A stretch of 64,000 nt of DNA. Origin: Deltaproteobacteria bacterium. Its GTDB lineage: Bacteria; Myxococcota_A; Polyangia; Fen-1088. Shown here piece after piece: positions 27,860 through 37,515 of this stretch. A program made the position numbers and the translations under genes. The notes below the pieces were generated by a model. That model made no database searches. It was not told where the DNA came from and saw only the letters and a list, made by a program, of their open reading frames with translations. The stretch is taken from positions 64,001 through 128,000 of the forward strand of contig JANRKS010000017.1 of assembly GCA_033763315.1 (NCBI GenBank), given 5' to 3'. Every line of letters starts with the position of its first letter. The stretch's first letter is position 1.

Positions 27860-29491
27860 TTAGACCCCCGGGGCCACCGCCGGTGTCACGCCGCTTTCGA
27901 TCAAATGATACTCAAAGGCGTCGATCAGAGCCTCCCACGAGGCATCCACCACGTTCTCGTTTACGCCCACCGTTGAGAACGTGCGCGTTGTGTGGCCCTG
28001 CGGATCCAGCACAACAAACTCGCTGACCACGCGCACCTTGGCCGCCGTTTCTTGCACGCCGCTGACCACGCGCACTTTGTAGTCGCGCAAATGCAGCGAA
28101 TCCACTTGGGGGTAATAACCTCGCAGGCCTTTGCGAAGCGCGCTGTCGAGCGCGTGGATGGGGCCGCCGCCTTCGGCCACGTGTTGTTCAAGCACGCCGC
28201 CCACGACGGTTTTCACGGTGGCTTCGGTTGCGGCCGTTTCACCCGCTTGTTTGCGCACCACGCAGCGGTAATAGCGGTGCTCCCAGTAGGGGTGGCGCTG
28301 ACCGAGTTCCGTGCGGACGAGCAATTCCAACGAAGCGTCGGCGGCCTCGAACACATAGCCCATGTTTTCAAGATCTTGCACCCGCCCCAACACGCGCCGA
28401 AGCAAGGCCTTGTCGTCGGCCAAGCCGAATTTGCGTCCCACCAGCGCGGCGATGTTGGATTGCCCGGAAAGTTCACTCACCAGCACTTTGCGACGGTTGC
28501 CCACCGACGCGGGATCGATGTGCTCGTAGCTGCGCGCCAAACGCGCGATGGCGTGCACATGCATGCCGCCCTTGTGCGCGAAGGCCGAAGCGCCCACGAA
28601 CGGTTGGTTTGCGATAGGGGCCAGGTTCGCCACTTCGTAAACGAAGCGGGATACGTCCGTGAGTTTTGCGATGTTGGCGCCTTCGCCGAGGCAGGAAAGC
28701 CCCATCTTGAGTTGCAGGTTGGCGGCCACCGCCAGCAAATCTACGTTGCCACAGCGTTCGCCGATGCCGTTGATGGTGCCTTGCACTTGAAACGCACCGC
28801 CTTTAACGGCGGCCAAGGTGTTGGCCACGGCCAGGCCACCGTCGTTGTGGCAGTGGATGCCGAACAGCGCTTGTGGGCCCAACATCGCGCGTGCCGCCCA
28901 CAGAGCCTCGGTGATGTGCTCGGGTAAGGATCCACCGTTCGTATCGCACAGGATGAAACGCGTCGCGCCTGCGTTTTTTGCAGCCAGCAAGGTCTTGAGC
29001 GCGTAGTCGGCATTGGCGCGAAAGCCATCGAAGAAGTGTTCGGCGTCGTAAAACACCTCGCGTCCGGCCTGGGCGCAGAAGGCCACGGACTCGGCGATCA
29101 TGTCGATGTTCTCGTCACGCGACACGCGCAGCACTTCATCGACGTGCAGATCCCAGGTTTTGCCGACGATCGTCACCACGGGCGTCTCGGCGGCCACCAA
29201 GGCGCGCATGCCCTCGTCGTCAGCGGCGTTGACACCGCGGCGGCGGGTCATGCCGAACGCGGCCACGCGGCTGTGTTTCAGCTTTAACGTGCGAACCGCT
29301 GCGAAGTACGCTTCATCCTTGGGGTTCGACAAAGGGTAACCACCCTCGATCACGTCGATGCCCAGATCATCGAGGATCTGCGTGATCTTGATCTTGTCCG
29401 CCAAGGAGAAACTGACGCCCTCGCTTTGGGCGCCATCACGCAAGGTCGTGTCATACATTTCGACCTTAGAGGCGGTGTCGGGGTGGCTCAT
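27860..29491 (-). CDS. cimA: Citramalate synthase (DRE-TIM family with regulatory domain)
   Basis: YDTTLRDGAQSEG, EGGYP.SNPKD, GKTWDLHV, YDAEHFFDG, HCHND, AHKGGMH, YEHIDP..VGN, SELSG.SN, TVGV.EN...ASW.AL. Confidence 0.92.
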   Translation of the reverse strand: MSHPDTASKVEMYDTTLRDGAQSEGVSFSLADKIKITQILDDLGIDVIEGGYPLSNPKDEAYFAAVRTLKLKHSRVAAFGMTRRRGVNAADDEGMRALVAAETPVVTIVGKTWDLHVDEVLRVSRDENIDMIAESVAFCAQAGREVFYDAEHFFDGFRANADYALKTLLAAKNAGATRFILCDTNGGSLPEHITEALWAARAMLGPQALFGIHCHNDGGLAVANTLAAVKGGAFQVQGTINGIGERCGNVDLLAVAANLQLKMGLSCLGEGANIAKLTDVSRFVYEVANLAPIANQPFVGASAFAHKGGMHVHAIARLARSYEHIDPASVGNRRKVLVSELSGQSNIAALVGRKFGLADDKALLRRVLGRVQDLENMGYVFEAADASLELLVRTELGQRHPYWEHRYYRCVVRKQAGETAATEATVKTVVGGVLEQHVAEGGGPIHALDSALRKGLRGYYPQVDSLHLRDYKVRVVSGVQETAAKVRVVSEFVVLDPQGHTTRTFSTVGVNENVVDASWEALIDAFEYHLIESGVTPAVAPGV

Positions 29492-29550
29492 GACGATCTT
29501 TCCTTTCCAGACTCAAACAGTGGCAAACGGAGATAATGGTTTGCGGGGCC

Positions 29551-29586
29551 AAAACAAAAAAGCCCCGCCGGGTGGGCAGGGCTTTT
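29551..29586 (-). terminator. Attenuator terminator upstream of cimA
   Basis: On the - strand: AAAAGCCCTGCC-CACCC-GGCGGGGCTTTTTTGTTTT. Confidence 0.85.
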
Positions 29587-29607
29587 AAGCGTTGGGCAAC
29601 GATTCCC

Positions 29608-29682
29608 CTACCAGCGTGCAATGGCCATCCGGCGCCCAATGGCGCCAATAATGATCCGAATGCTGGTGCGGGGAGAATTCAT
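29608..29682 (-). CDS. Ile-rich leader peptide of cimA (MNSPRTSIRIIIGAIGRRMAIARW)
   Basis: 24-codon ORF with 6 Ile codons (ATT CGG ATC ATT ATT GGC GCC ATT ... ATT), immediately upstream of a terminator; too short for the ORF track. Confidence 0.85.
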   Translation of the reverse strand: MNSPRTSIRIIIGAIGRRMAIARW

Positions 29683-29692
29683 CGAGTGAACT

Positions 29693-29721
29693 TTTATAGC
29701 CTGGGCATGTGAGCAATGCAA
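29693..29721 (-). promoter_or_regulatory. Sigma70-type promoter of the cimA leader
   Basis: TTGCAT (29721-29716) - 17 nt - TATAAA (29698-29693), 10 nt upstream of the leader ATG. Confidence 0.7.
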
Positions 29722-29739
29722 TTGCGGCTTTGCACGGTC

Positions 29740-30396
29740 TTAAACCTTGGCTTCGCGGGCGCGCGCCAACAGCAGCCGCAAAACCTCGGGGGATTGTGCG
29801 CCTTCGACGGCCAGCAAGCCTTTGGCACTGGGCGCCAAGAACAGCGGCACACCACCCACCCCTAGGGCCGCCGCGCGGGCCACATCTTGCTCAACCGCGT
29901 CGTCGCCAGCGCCGCTTTGCAACGCGGCTTTCACTTCGCCAAGATCCACAGAGACCTTGTGGCGTTCAAGCGCGGCCATGACATCTGCGAGCATACCTAC
30001 GTTTGCGCCCTCTTCGAAATGCGCGCGGAACAGCGCTTCTGTGGCGGCGTTGCCTTCGCCTAAGGCGGCACACACCTTGATCGCCCGGTGCGCCAGCTTT
30101 GTATTCGCGGCCACCTTCATGGCTTCAAAATCAAAGCGAATACCCACCGATTTCCCCGCCTGCGTGACGCGATCAAACGCGGCCTGAACGGCCCCCTCGC
30201 TGCCGAACTTCTGCCTGTAAAATTCGTGGGCGGGCAGACCTTCGGCGGGCAGACCTGGCTGCAGCATGAAGGCTCGCCAGGTGATGCTGACCTCGTCGGC
30301 GTTCGCGTCGCTGCCCAACGTCTCGAACAGACGTCGCTTGCCAATAAAGCACCAAGGGCACGCGATGTCAGAGAAGACTTCAAGGTTGACGGCCAT
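29740..30396 (-). CDS. DsbA-family (FrnE-like) oxidoreductase
   Basis: VFSDIACPWCFIGKRRL, NT..AHR, GVGGVPLF. Confidence 0.9.
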   Translation of the reverse strand: MAVNLEVFSDIACPWCFIGKRRLFETLGSDANADEVSITWRAFMLQPGLPAEGLPAHEFYRQKFGSEGAVQAAFDRVTQAGKSVGIRFDFEAMKVAANTKLAHRAIKVCAALGEGNAATEALFRAHFEEGANVGMLADVMAALERHKVSVDLGEVKAALQSGAGDDAVEQDVARAAALGVGGVPLFLAPSAKGLLAVEGAQSPEVLRLLLARAREAKV

Positions 30397-30486
30397 GATG
30401 AAGCTTGGATGCCCGCGGCCGGTCGAGGTTCCAAGCCTTTACGCCGATAGACCAAACGCTTTGAGTGTAGGGTGTTAAGAAACAGC

Positions 30487-31188
30487 ATGACAATGTTCGA
30501 CGCAACTGCGACGTCTTGGCTTTTGCGCCTGGGTTTTTTGTCGCTGGGCCTTGCCCTGGCGGTGTTCTGGCTGGTGGTCCCCCCGGGGGGCAAACCGCGC
30601 CTGTTTCGGGGCGTTGTTGTGGCGGGGTGGCTCGGTGCCGCCCTGGCACTTTCGCGCTTGGAGGGCCTGCGCGATTTCAGCGGCTTTCCGCCACCGCTGC
30701 TCCGCGTGCTGCTTGTGATGCTGCTCTGTTTGGTTGCGTTGGCGTTTTCACCTTGGGGGCGCCGTCTGGCGCGCGCTTTGCCGTTGTGGCTTCTCGTTGG
30801 CTTCCAGAGCTTTCGCGTTGTGGTCGAGTTGCTGTTGCACAGCGCTTATTCGCACGGCTTGATCGGAGCGCAGATGACATACCTGGGGCGCAACTTGGAC
30901 ATCGTGTCGGGTATCAGCGCCTTGGCCATGGCCGTGGTGCTATACAAGCGTGCGTTGCCCAAAGCGTGGTTGTGGGCCTGGAACTTTGTGGGCCTGGCCC
31001 TGTTGGTGAACATATTGGTGGTGGCGGCATTATCGATGCCCACACCGGCACGCGTGTTCATGCAAGGGCCGCCGAATGTGTTTGTGGCGTATTGGCCGTT
31101 CATTCTATTGCCAACGGCCATGGTTGCCTCGGCTTGGTTCGGCCACATGTTGCTGACGTCTCGGCTTTTGCAGCGCGATTCAGGGTAA
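30487..31188 (+). CDS. Integral membrane protein, unknown function
   Basis: About 7 TM helices; LVGFQSFRVVVE, MTY.GRNLDI, WPFILLP motifs of a conserved hypothetical family. Confidence 0.7.
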   Translation: MTMFDATATSWLLRLGFLSLGLALAVFWLVVPPGGKPRLFRGVVVAGWLGAALALSRLEGLRDFSGFPPPLLRVLLVMLLCLVALAFSPWGRRLARALPLWLLVGFQSFRVVVELLLHSAYSHGLIGAQMTYLGRNLDIVSGISALAMAVVLYKRALPKAWLWAWNFVGLALLVNILVVAALSMPTPARVFMQGPPNVFVAYWPFILLPTAMVASAWFGHMLLTSRLLQRDSG

Positions 31189-32868
31189 AACCTGCTGCAC
31201 CTGCAGGCCATTTAGGGCGCGCAGTTGCATCGCCAGGCCATGCCTGAGCTCGTGTTGGGTGACCCTGAATAAAACAACGTTGCGCCCTTTCCTGAGGCTT
31301 GCCACCACGCTGTCGTCGCCAAGTTTAAGGCCGCGCGAAACGTTGCGGGCCAACACGCGGGTGCCGTTGACGAACACGCTGAGGCCGTCGTTGCTGCCAA
31401 GCTGCATATCCACTTGTCCATCGCTTGCGGCGTCCAAGATAAGGCGTGCGTACACAACCGTTTTCTTAGGGTGATCGAGCGCGGTTTCAAGATCCAACGC
31501 CCGACTCACCACGGGCTCCTTCCGCCACGAAACGCTCTGGGGATCCGTCTCGGGAGGGTGGGCCTGGTCGAACGACGCCGGCGAAAGATCGAAAAGATAA
31601 ACTGGCGATAACTCAAGCGCTTCGATGAACACTTCGTCTGTTTCTTCGATGCTCACGTTATAGGTTTTGGGCTGCACAAGCGTGCGCATCGCCAATCCGG
31701 CTTCTTTGGCCCACAGATGCAGGCTCTGTTGTGCAAGCGGCGTGGTGTCCAAGGTCTTTGATAGGTCGCTTACGTCGATGCCCAGCGTGCGCCACGATGT
31801 GGATTGCAGATCGGATCGACGTTGCGCTTCTCGCCACAAGTCGGCGCTGGCTTTGTTCCATGGTGCCTCGGGCAGGTTTGCCAGATCAACGTCCCCGCGT
31901 TTGTTTGGCGGCAGCACGGCCAGCTCATGACCATCGACCAGCAAGCGCAGGTTCTTGCGCGATGGCCAACTCTTGACCTGCATGCGCAAGCGGTTCCATG
32001 CTTGTGCCACTTTAACAGCCTCGCCTTTGCGGCCTACGGGCGGTAGGAACAGCGGCACATAAGCAAGTTGTGCGGCAAAGGACAGCTGGCCTGGTTTGCG
32101 CGTGGTGTTGGCCACGGAGACACCCTTCGAACCGGTCACGTTGTGGCCGTCAACCACAATGGTGCCGAGCTCCTTGGGCGCGTCGAAGGCTTGCAACGCA
32201 GGGGCGGCCAACACAAGGTGGCCTGCCTCGTTGGGGTGCACGCCATCAGGAATCAGCACGGGTGATGGTGAGGCTTGTTCGGCAAAAGGCCGAAACGCCG
32301 AAAAGAGATCGATGACGGGCAGCTTCTGCTCGCGCGCCACCTCCTTTACAGCCTCGGCTAGGCCGGCCAAAGTTTCGTTGTAATGCTCAAGGTATAGCGC
32401 GAAGAATGAATTCGCAGCGGGCGGCGTGCACAGCAGCGGGCGCGCACCGACGTTCCTTATCTTCGCCACCAAAGCTTGCAAGCCTTGTTTGTAGTGCAAG
32501 CGAATCGCGGCGTCGGGCGGCACGTATTTGCCGTCGTTCATACCGAAATTTACAACCACGATCGTTGGCTTAAGCGGTGCCACGTCGCGGTCAAACCGCG
32601 TAAGAGCTTCGTCCACTTTATTGCCGCCGATGCCGGCGTTCCAAAACAGCAAGCGCTTGCGCGGAAAGCGAGCGATGAGGAACGTCTCAATGTAAGCCGT
32701 GTAAAGGTTCTGCTGCGTGATGCTATCGCCGAAGAACACGATCGTTTCTTCGTCGCCGAGTGGAATCTTTATTTGGGCAGGAGCGGCCGCCCGCACGGGC
32801 GTTGCCATCAAAGTGGCAAGGCATACGGTGGCAAACCAATGGCAAGCGCGTGGGGTAGGCACGCGCAT
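31180..32868 (-). CDS. Secreted SGNH/GDSL hydrolase with C-terminal beta-sandwich
   Basis: FFGDSIT, NAGIGG, FGMND, DGVHPN..GH; C-terminal LGSNDG..V.VNG...LRKGRN.VL.RV. Confidence 0.85.
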   Translation of the reverse strand: MRVPTPRACHWFATVCLATLMATPVRAAAPAQIKIPLGDEETIVFFGDSITQQNLYTAYIETFLIARFPRKRLLFWNAGIGGNKVDEALTRFDRDVAPLKPTIVVVNFGMNDGKYVPPDAAIRLHYKQGLQALVAKIRNVGARPLLCTPPAANSFFALYLEHYNETLAGLAEAVKEVAREQKLPVIDLFSAFRPFAEQASPSPVLIPDGVHPNEAGHLVLAAPALQAFDAPKELGTIVVDGHNVTGSKGVSVANTTRKPGQLSFAAQLAYVPLFLPPVGRKGEAVKVAQAWNRLRMQVKSWPSRKNLRLLVDGHELAVLPPNKRGDVDLANLPEAPWNKASADLWREAQRRSDLQSTSWRTLGIDVSDLSKTLDTTPLAQQSLHLWAKEAGLAMRTLVQPKTYNVSIEETDEVFIEALELSPVYLFDLSPASFDQAHPPETDPQSVSWRKEPVVSRALDLETALDHPKKTVVYARLILDAASDGQVDMQLGSNDGLSVFVNGTRVLARNVSRGLKLGDDSVVASLRKGRNVVLFRVTQHELRHGLAMQLRALNGLQVQQVLP

Positions 32869-32894
32869 GATGTGCCCGCGCGTGGATGCGCCTG

Positions 32895-33206
32895 TCAAGC
32901 GGCTTGAGCTTGCACCTGTGTTCGCAGCCACTTATCGGCAATGAACGTGCCGAACGGAACCACCGCCGCCACAAACAACAGGAACACCCGAACCAGCGGC
33001 CACATCCGGCTTGCAGTGGCTTGCCCCAAGGAAACCACATACCAGATGAACAAGATGCCATGCACCCAGCCCACGTATTTGACGGCGTAAGGCCAATGCG
33101 CCACGTACTTCAACGGCATCGCTATGCCCATCAAGGTTAAAAATGAGATGCCTTCAAGCAGCCCCACGAGGCGAAGGCGTTCCACGCTGCGGTCGGTGTT
33201 CTGCAT
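32895..33206 (-). CDS. DUF3817-family membrane protein
   Basis: [20 protein letters not shown]...G.VHG.LF..Y...VPFGTF. Confidence 0.8.
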   Translation of the reverse strand: MQNTDRSVERLRLVGLLEGISFLTLMGIAMPLKYVAHWPYAVKYVGWVHGILFIWYVVSLGQATASRMWPLVRVFLLFVAAVVPFGTFIADKWLRTQVQAQAA

Positions 33207-33290
33207 GGGCGAACGCATAGCACGCGCCAGATGAAGCCTGCGGTACAAACGCGGTTGGCGTGGGCCCCGCTAGATGGCAAAGTCACAGCC

Positions 33291-33620
33291 ATGGCTACTG
33301 AACTGCAGATACAAGATCTTGTGCAAGGCACCGGCGACGAGGCGACAGCGGGGCAAACCGTCAGCGTTCACTACACGGGCTGGTTGACGGACGGCACCAA
33401 GTTCGATAGCTCTTTGGACCGCGGCAAGCCCTTCGCGTTCCGGTTGGGCGCCGGCATGGTCATCAAAGGATGGGACCAGGGCGTGGCGGGCATGAAAGTG
33501 GGTGGCAAACGCAAGCTCACGATTCCGGCGGAGCTTGGCTACGGCCAAAGGGGCGCTGGCGGTGTGATCCCACCAGGCGCCACGTTGGTTTTTGATGTTG
33601 AGCTGCTCGGCGTGTCGTAG
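33291..33620 (+). CDS. FKBP-type peptidyl-prolyl isomerase
   Basis: [56 protein letters not shown]. Confidence 0.95.
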   Translation: MATELQIQDLVQGTGDEATAGQTVSVHYTGWLTDGTKFDSSLDRGKPFAFRLGAGMVIKGWDQGVAGMKVGGKRKLTIPAELGYGQRGAGGVIPPGATLVFDVELLGVS

Positions 33621-33636
33621 ACGGCCGGGCGCCCTC

Positions 33637-34137
33637 TCATTCCTCTAGCAACGCTCGCAACATCCACGCGGTTTTCTCGTGGATGTCCAGGCGTTGGGTC
33701 AGCAGATCCGCTGTGGGCTGATCGTTGGCTTCGTCCGCCAGCGGAAAGATGCGACGTGCCGTGCGTGCCACAGCCTCGTGACCATCGGCCAAAAGGCTCA
33801 CCATCTCCATGGCCTTAGGCGGCGACGATGGTGCGTCTTTTAGCGAACTCAGCTTGCTAAATTGCGCGTAGGATCCGGGCGCCACGTGCCCCAAAGAGCG
33901 AATGCGTTCAGCGATCGGATCCACGGCGTTCCATAGCTCCGTGTATTGGGTCATGAACATGGCGTGAAGCGTGTTGAACATGGGCCCGGTCACGTTCCAG
34001 TGGAAATTGTGAGTGGTGAGATAGAGCGTGTAGGTATCGGCCAACAGTTCGGAAAGGCCTTTGGTGATCGCTTCGCGATCGCCGTCCGTGATGCCAATGT
34101 TAGGACCCGCGGCGGATTTGGATTTCTTCTTGGACAT
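33637..34137 (-). CDS. dps: Dps DNA starvation/stationary phase protection protein
   Basis: [41 protein letters not shown]; AAGGAG RBS before ATG 34137. Confidence 0.95.
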   Translation of the reverse strand: MSKKKSKSAAGPNIGITDGDREAITKGLSELLADTYTLYLTTHNFHWNVTGPMFNTLHAMFMTQYTELWNAVDPIAERIRSLGHVAPGSYAQFSKLSSLKDAPSSPPKAMEMVSLLADGHEAVARTARRIFPLADEANDQPTADLLTQRLDIHEKTAWMLRALLEE

Positions 34138-34279
34138 TCGATCTCCTTGAGTGATGGCAAACTTTACGCGCGATCGCGGGCTGACGAAAGCGTCCGTCGC
34201 GTGTGTGCTGAGCGTAAAGACGTGCTTCTCGGGCACAAAAGCAGAAGCAATCGAGCGCGGCTCGGGTAATGTTTCGACC

Positions 34280-35140
34280 ATGTATTCGGCCCCCGGCTCA
34301 AGGCGCAGCACGCTCATCAACGCAGCAGCCGCCGTTGTTGGGTTGTCAGCTTCACGCCTCGCATTTGCCAGAGCCACCCAGGGAACGGTGCACTTTGGAC
34401 TGATACTGAAGATGAAGGAGGATCTGCAGACGAATTGGCAAGCGGCGCTGGCGCGTGTGGCAGGCTTGGGGATCAAAGAGGTAGAGTTCCCGGGCACGCT
34501 TGGAAACTCGGCCGCCGCGTGTCGCAAAGTGCTTGATGAGTTAGGGATAAGGGCGCTGGGCGGAGGCAGTGTTTACAAGGATTTGGTCGCAACGATGGAT
34601 GAGGTCCTAGAGACTTCGGCGGTGCTCGGCAAACGATACGTGTACTGTTACTGGCCTTGGCTTGACGGGGGCAAGGACAAGACGGCGGATGACTGGAAGC
34701 GTTTGGCAGGGACGATGAACCATCTGGGAGCGCGTGTGAAACGCGGTGGTCTTACGCTGGCCTACCACAACCACGACATGGAATTTCTGCCCATCGCCAA
34801 CGACGCGCGTGTGCCCTTCGATTTGCTGCTGGAGCACACCGATCCATCGCTCGTGACGATGCAGCTGGATCTTTGGTGGGTGAACAAAGCGAAAGCGTCG
34901 CCAGTTCCGTTTATGAAACGGCACCCGGGACGGTTTGCGAGCTTTCACATCAAAGAGCCAAACAACACGCCCGAGGCGGGCATGGCCTGTGACGGAGGCA
35001 GTTTTACAAACATCGCGACCATCCTCCGTGCGGGAAAAGCGGCAGGGGTGAAACACTTTGTGATTGAAAACGAAGATCCCAAAGATCACTACAAGTGTGC
35101 GGCGCGCACGTTGGGTTACCTAAAGTCCCTTCACATCTGA
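34280..35140 (+). CDS. Sugar phosphate isomerase/epimerase (xylose-isomerase-like TIM barrel) with putative Tat signal
   Basis: [15 protein letters not shown] signal; [24 protein letters not shown]. Confidence 0.8.
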   Translation: MYSAPGSRRSTLINAAAAVVGLSASRLAFARATQGTVHFGLILKMKEDLQTNWQAALARVAGLGIKEVEFPGTLGNSAAACRKVLDELGIRALGGGSVYKDLVATMDEVLETSAVLGKRYVYCYWPWLDGGKDKTADDWKRLAGTMNHLGARVKRGGLTLAYHNHDMEFLPIANDARVPFDLLLEHTDPSLVTMQLDLWWVNKAKASPVPFMKRHPGRFASFHIKEPNNTPEAGMACDGGSFTNIATILRAGKAAGVKHFVIENEDPKDHYKCAARTLGYLKSLHI

Positions 35141-35173
35141 TCGCATTTCGATGCAACGATACGAGGAGGTTGT

Positions 35174-35644
35174 ATGAGTTCATCAAAACCACGAGTTTCC
35201 TTGTCGGAGTTGATTGATGTGCTTGACGACGCGGAATCGTGGACGCGGTTTCACTATGTGGATCGCGACAGCGGGGCGGTGGAGACAGCGCTGACTGAAG
35301 AAGTGGATGGCGACGGCAACTTCGCCGACGTACGCCAAGATGTATCGCGGTTTGTACCGGTCAAGCCTTTGCCCAAATGGGTGCGTCTGCAGGTCCGCGA
35401 ACAGTTTGTGGAACGCATCGTGGACGATCCGACCTTGCGTCTTCAACTTTTGGAGGCCTTGCGTGGGCCGCAGCCCTTGCTCGAGTTTCAAAAATATTTG
35501 CGTCGAGACGGGCGTTTGATGGACCAATTCTTGGCGTTCCGTCTGCAAGCGTTCAACGACGCGGCCAACGCTTGGCTGGATGAAAATAAGGTGCGCGCGT
35601 CTTTGGGTGATGCTGCAAAGACGGCCGACGCGCCCCAAAACTAA
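35174..35644 (+). CDS. UPF0158-family protein
   Basis: YVDRDSG.V...RFVPV.P...F...I.D..LR.QL..AL.G..P...F; GAGGAGG RBS. Confidence 0.7.
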   Translation: MSSSKPRVSLSELIDVLDDAESWTRFHYVDRDSGAVETALTEEVDGDGNFADVRQDVSRFVPVKPLPKWVRLQVREQFVERIVDDPTLRLQLLEALRGPQPLLEFQKYLRRDGRLMDQFLAFRLQAFNDAANAWLDENKVRASLGDAAKTADAPQN

Positions 35645-35793
35645 CGCTGTGTGCCTGCGACACGCACGCGCAAAGCCGCAAAAAACGCACTTTTCCCAAC
35701 TCTTGTCATAAAGACCGGCGTACACTTACCGTCGGTTTAGGTCGACCTGGCCACGGGCTGGGTGTTTGCAGGCGCTCGAACAGGGGAGTCGCG

Positions 35794-36933
35794 ATGTATC
35801 CGCAGTCGAAGTTCTCGGGGTACGAACGAGGCAGCAACACACAGGCTTGGCAGCCTGCGCAGCCTTGGCCACAGCACCACCTTACACCGCCGCCTCCCGC
35901 CGCGCACCCTGCATGGCCTCAACCGCAAGGCGAAGTACAGTGGCCTCCGCCCTTGCGTGTGGTGCCGCAACATGAGCCGTTCTTGGCGTGCCAGTCGCCG
36001 TCGAAAGCACGCGCTTGGAAGGCCAAACTCTTTGTTTTGGCGGCTGTTTTTGGCGCCGGTGCATACGCGAGGCCGTTCCTTGAGACGCACTTTGTTGGCC
36101 TGCCCGGCGACAGCTGGGTGGTGGCCTCTTACGCCCAAGCCCAGCTTCCGTCGTGGGTGCCTTTCTTCGGCGCGCCGGTTGAGACGACGCATTTGTTCCA
36201 TCCCGAGGCGCCTCACGCCGGCATTGTCACGTCGCCGCTGCCGACGCCGCGGGTGGCTCCGGTGCCAACCGCTGCTGCGCCCGCCGACCCTACAATGCCC
36301 GCTGTAAAGGCCGCGGTCCCTGAGGCCACAGCGCCGGTGGTGGCCAAGGTGGAGGAAACGGTGGCCGAGACGCCCCCCGCCCGTCACGCCTCCAGGAAAA
36401 CGCACATCGCCAAGCCTGGCCACACCCGCGTGGCAATGCGCGCGCCCGTGGTCCCTGCGCATGAGCGCCAACCTGTGAGCGAGGCAGAACCCGCTGCGCC
36501 TGAACACGCCGCCCCGCAAGCCGCTGCCCCGGCGGCGCCCGCGCCCAGCAAGCCGGAACCTGCGCCGGCACCCGATCCTTTGGAGGGGCTCCTTCGCCGC
36601 GCCATTTCGTCGTCGGCCCCGCTGGCGGCCAAAACGAGCAACACCACCAACCGCATGCGTTTTCCCGACGAAAAACCCGCTGCGACGCGCGTGGCCCCGG
36701 CCCCCGTACCCGCGCCCAAGCCCGACAGCATCACGGGTGATGTCACTTCGGCGGCAGAAGCCGCGGCGAAAGCCAATGCGGCCGCGGCGACGTCAACACC
36801 CAAGGCCAGCGCTGTAGCTTTGCCAAAAATTCCCGGGAAGGTCCGGGTCAGCGGCGATCCCTTGGAGGGGCTGAACGGCAAAGAGATTGAAGGCAAGCGT
36901 CAAGGCAAGGGCGCCAAGCGCGCCCGGCGTTAA
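35794..36933 (+). CDS. Pro/Ala-rich single-pass membrane protein
   Basis: GGGGAG RBS; TM segment LFVLAAVFGAGAY; long low-complexity region; basic C-terminus. Confidence 0.6.
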   Translation: MYPQSKFSGYERGSNTQAWQPAQPWPQHHLTPPPPAAHPAWPQPQGEVQWPPPLRVVPQHEPFLACQSPSKARAWKAKLFVLAAVFGAGAYARPFLETHFVGLPGDSWVVASYAQAQLPSWVPFFGAPVETTHLFHPEAPHAGIVTSPLPTPRVAPVPTAAAPADPTMPAVKAAVPEATAPVVAKVEETVAETPPARHASRKTHIAKPGHTRVAMRAPVVPAHERQPVSEAEPAAPEHAAPQAAAPAAPAPSKPEPAPAPDPLEGLLRRAISSSAPLAAKTSNTTNRMRFPDEKPAATRVAPAPVPAPKPDSITGDVTSAAEAAAKANAAAATSTPKASAVALPKIPGKVRVSGDPLEGLNGKEIEGKRQGKGAKRARR

Positions 36934-36949
36934 GCGGCAGCCAGCCAAC

Positions 36950-37393
36950 CTAAGCCGGCACGACCAATTCGTCAGAGCCGGCGACGCTAAGCTGGTAATC
37001 GAAGGGCAATTTTTGAATGCCCGCGTGCTCGATGAGCAACGCCAACAGATCCGAGGTGGTGACAAGGCCGATGAGGTTGCCGTTGTCACTCAAGACCGGC
37101 AGGGCATCGATTTTATGCTCAAGCATTTGCTCGGCGACGCGGCTAACCATGGTGGAGGCGGTGCACGTGACCGGCGCCGGCGTCATCGCCTCACCGCACG
37201 TCACCGTCAGCTCTTCGGGGCTGCCCGTAAACCGCAGCACATCGCGGTTTGACAGGATGCCAACCAGACGGCCCGAGGAGATGACTGGCAGGTGCCGGAT
37301 CCGCTTTTCCTCCATGATGCGGCCCGCGACGGCAAGCTTTAGCTCCATCGGTACCACGATCACGTTTCGAGTCATTGCCGCGGCGGTTCTCAC
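36950..37393 (-). CDS. CBS-pair domain protein
   Basis: MEEKRIRHLPV...LVGILS.RD; MLEHKIDALPV...LIGLVT.SD; GGAGGAG RBS. Confidence 0.9.
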   Translation of the reverse strand: MRTAAAMTRNVIVVPMELKLAVAGRIMEEKRIRHLPVISSGRLVGILSNRDVLRFTGSPEELTVTCGEAMTPAPVTCTASTMVSRVAEQMLEHKIDALPVLSDNGNLIGLVTTSDLLALLIEHAGIQKLPFDYQLSVAGSDELVVPA

Positions 37394-37515
37394 AAAGCTC
37401 CTCCATTACACAGGCAAAACCCGCGAAAAGGATTGGCCTTTCCCCAAGCTCGCGCCGTAAGGCTGCCGCATTTGAGGGGCAAAGTCCACTTTGCTGGCGA
37501 ATATCGCGGGCTTTG

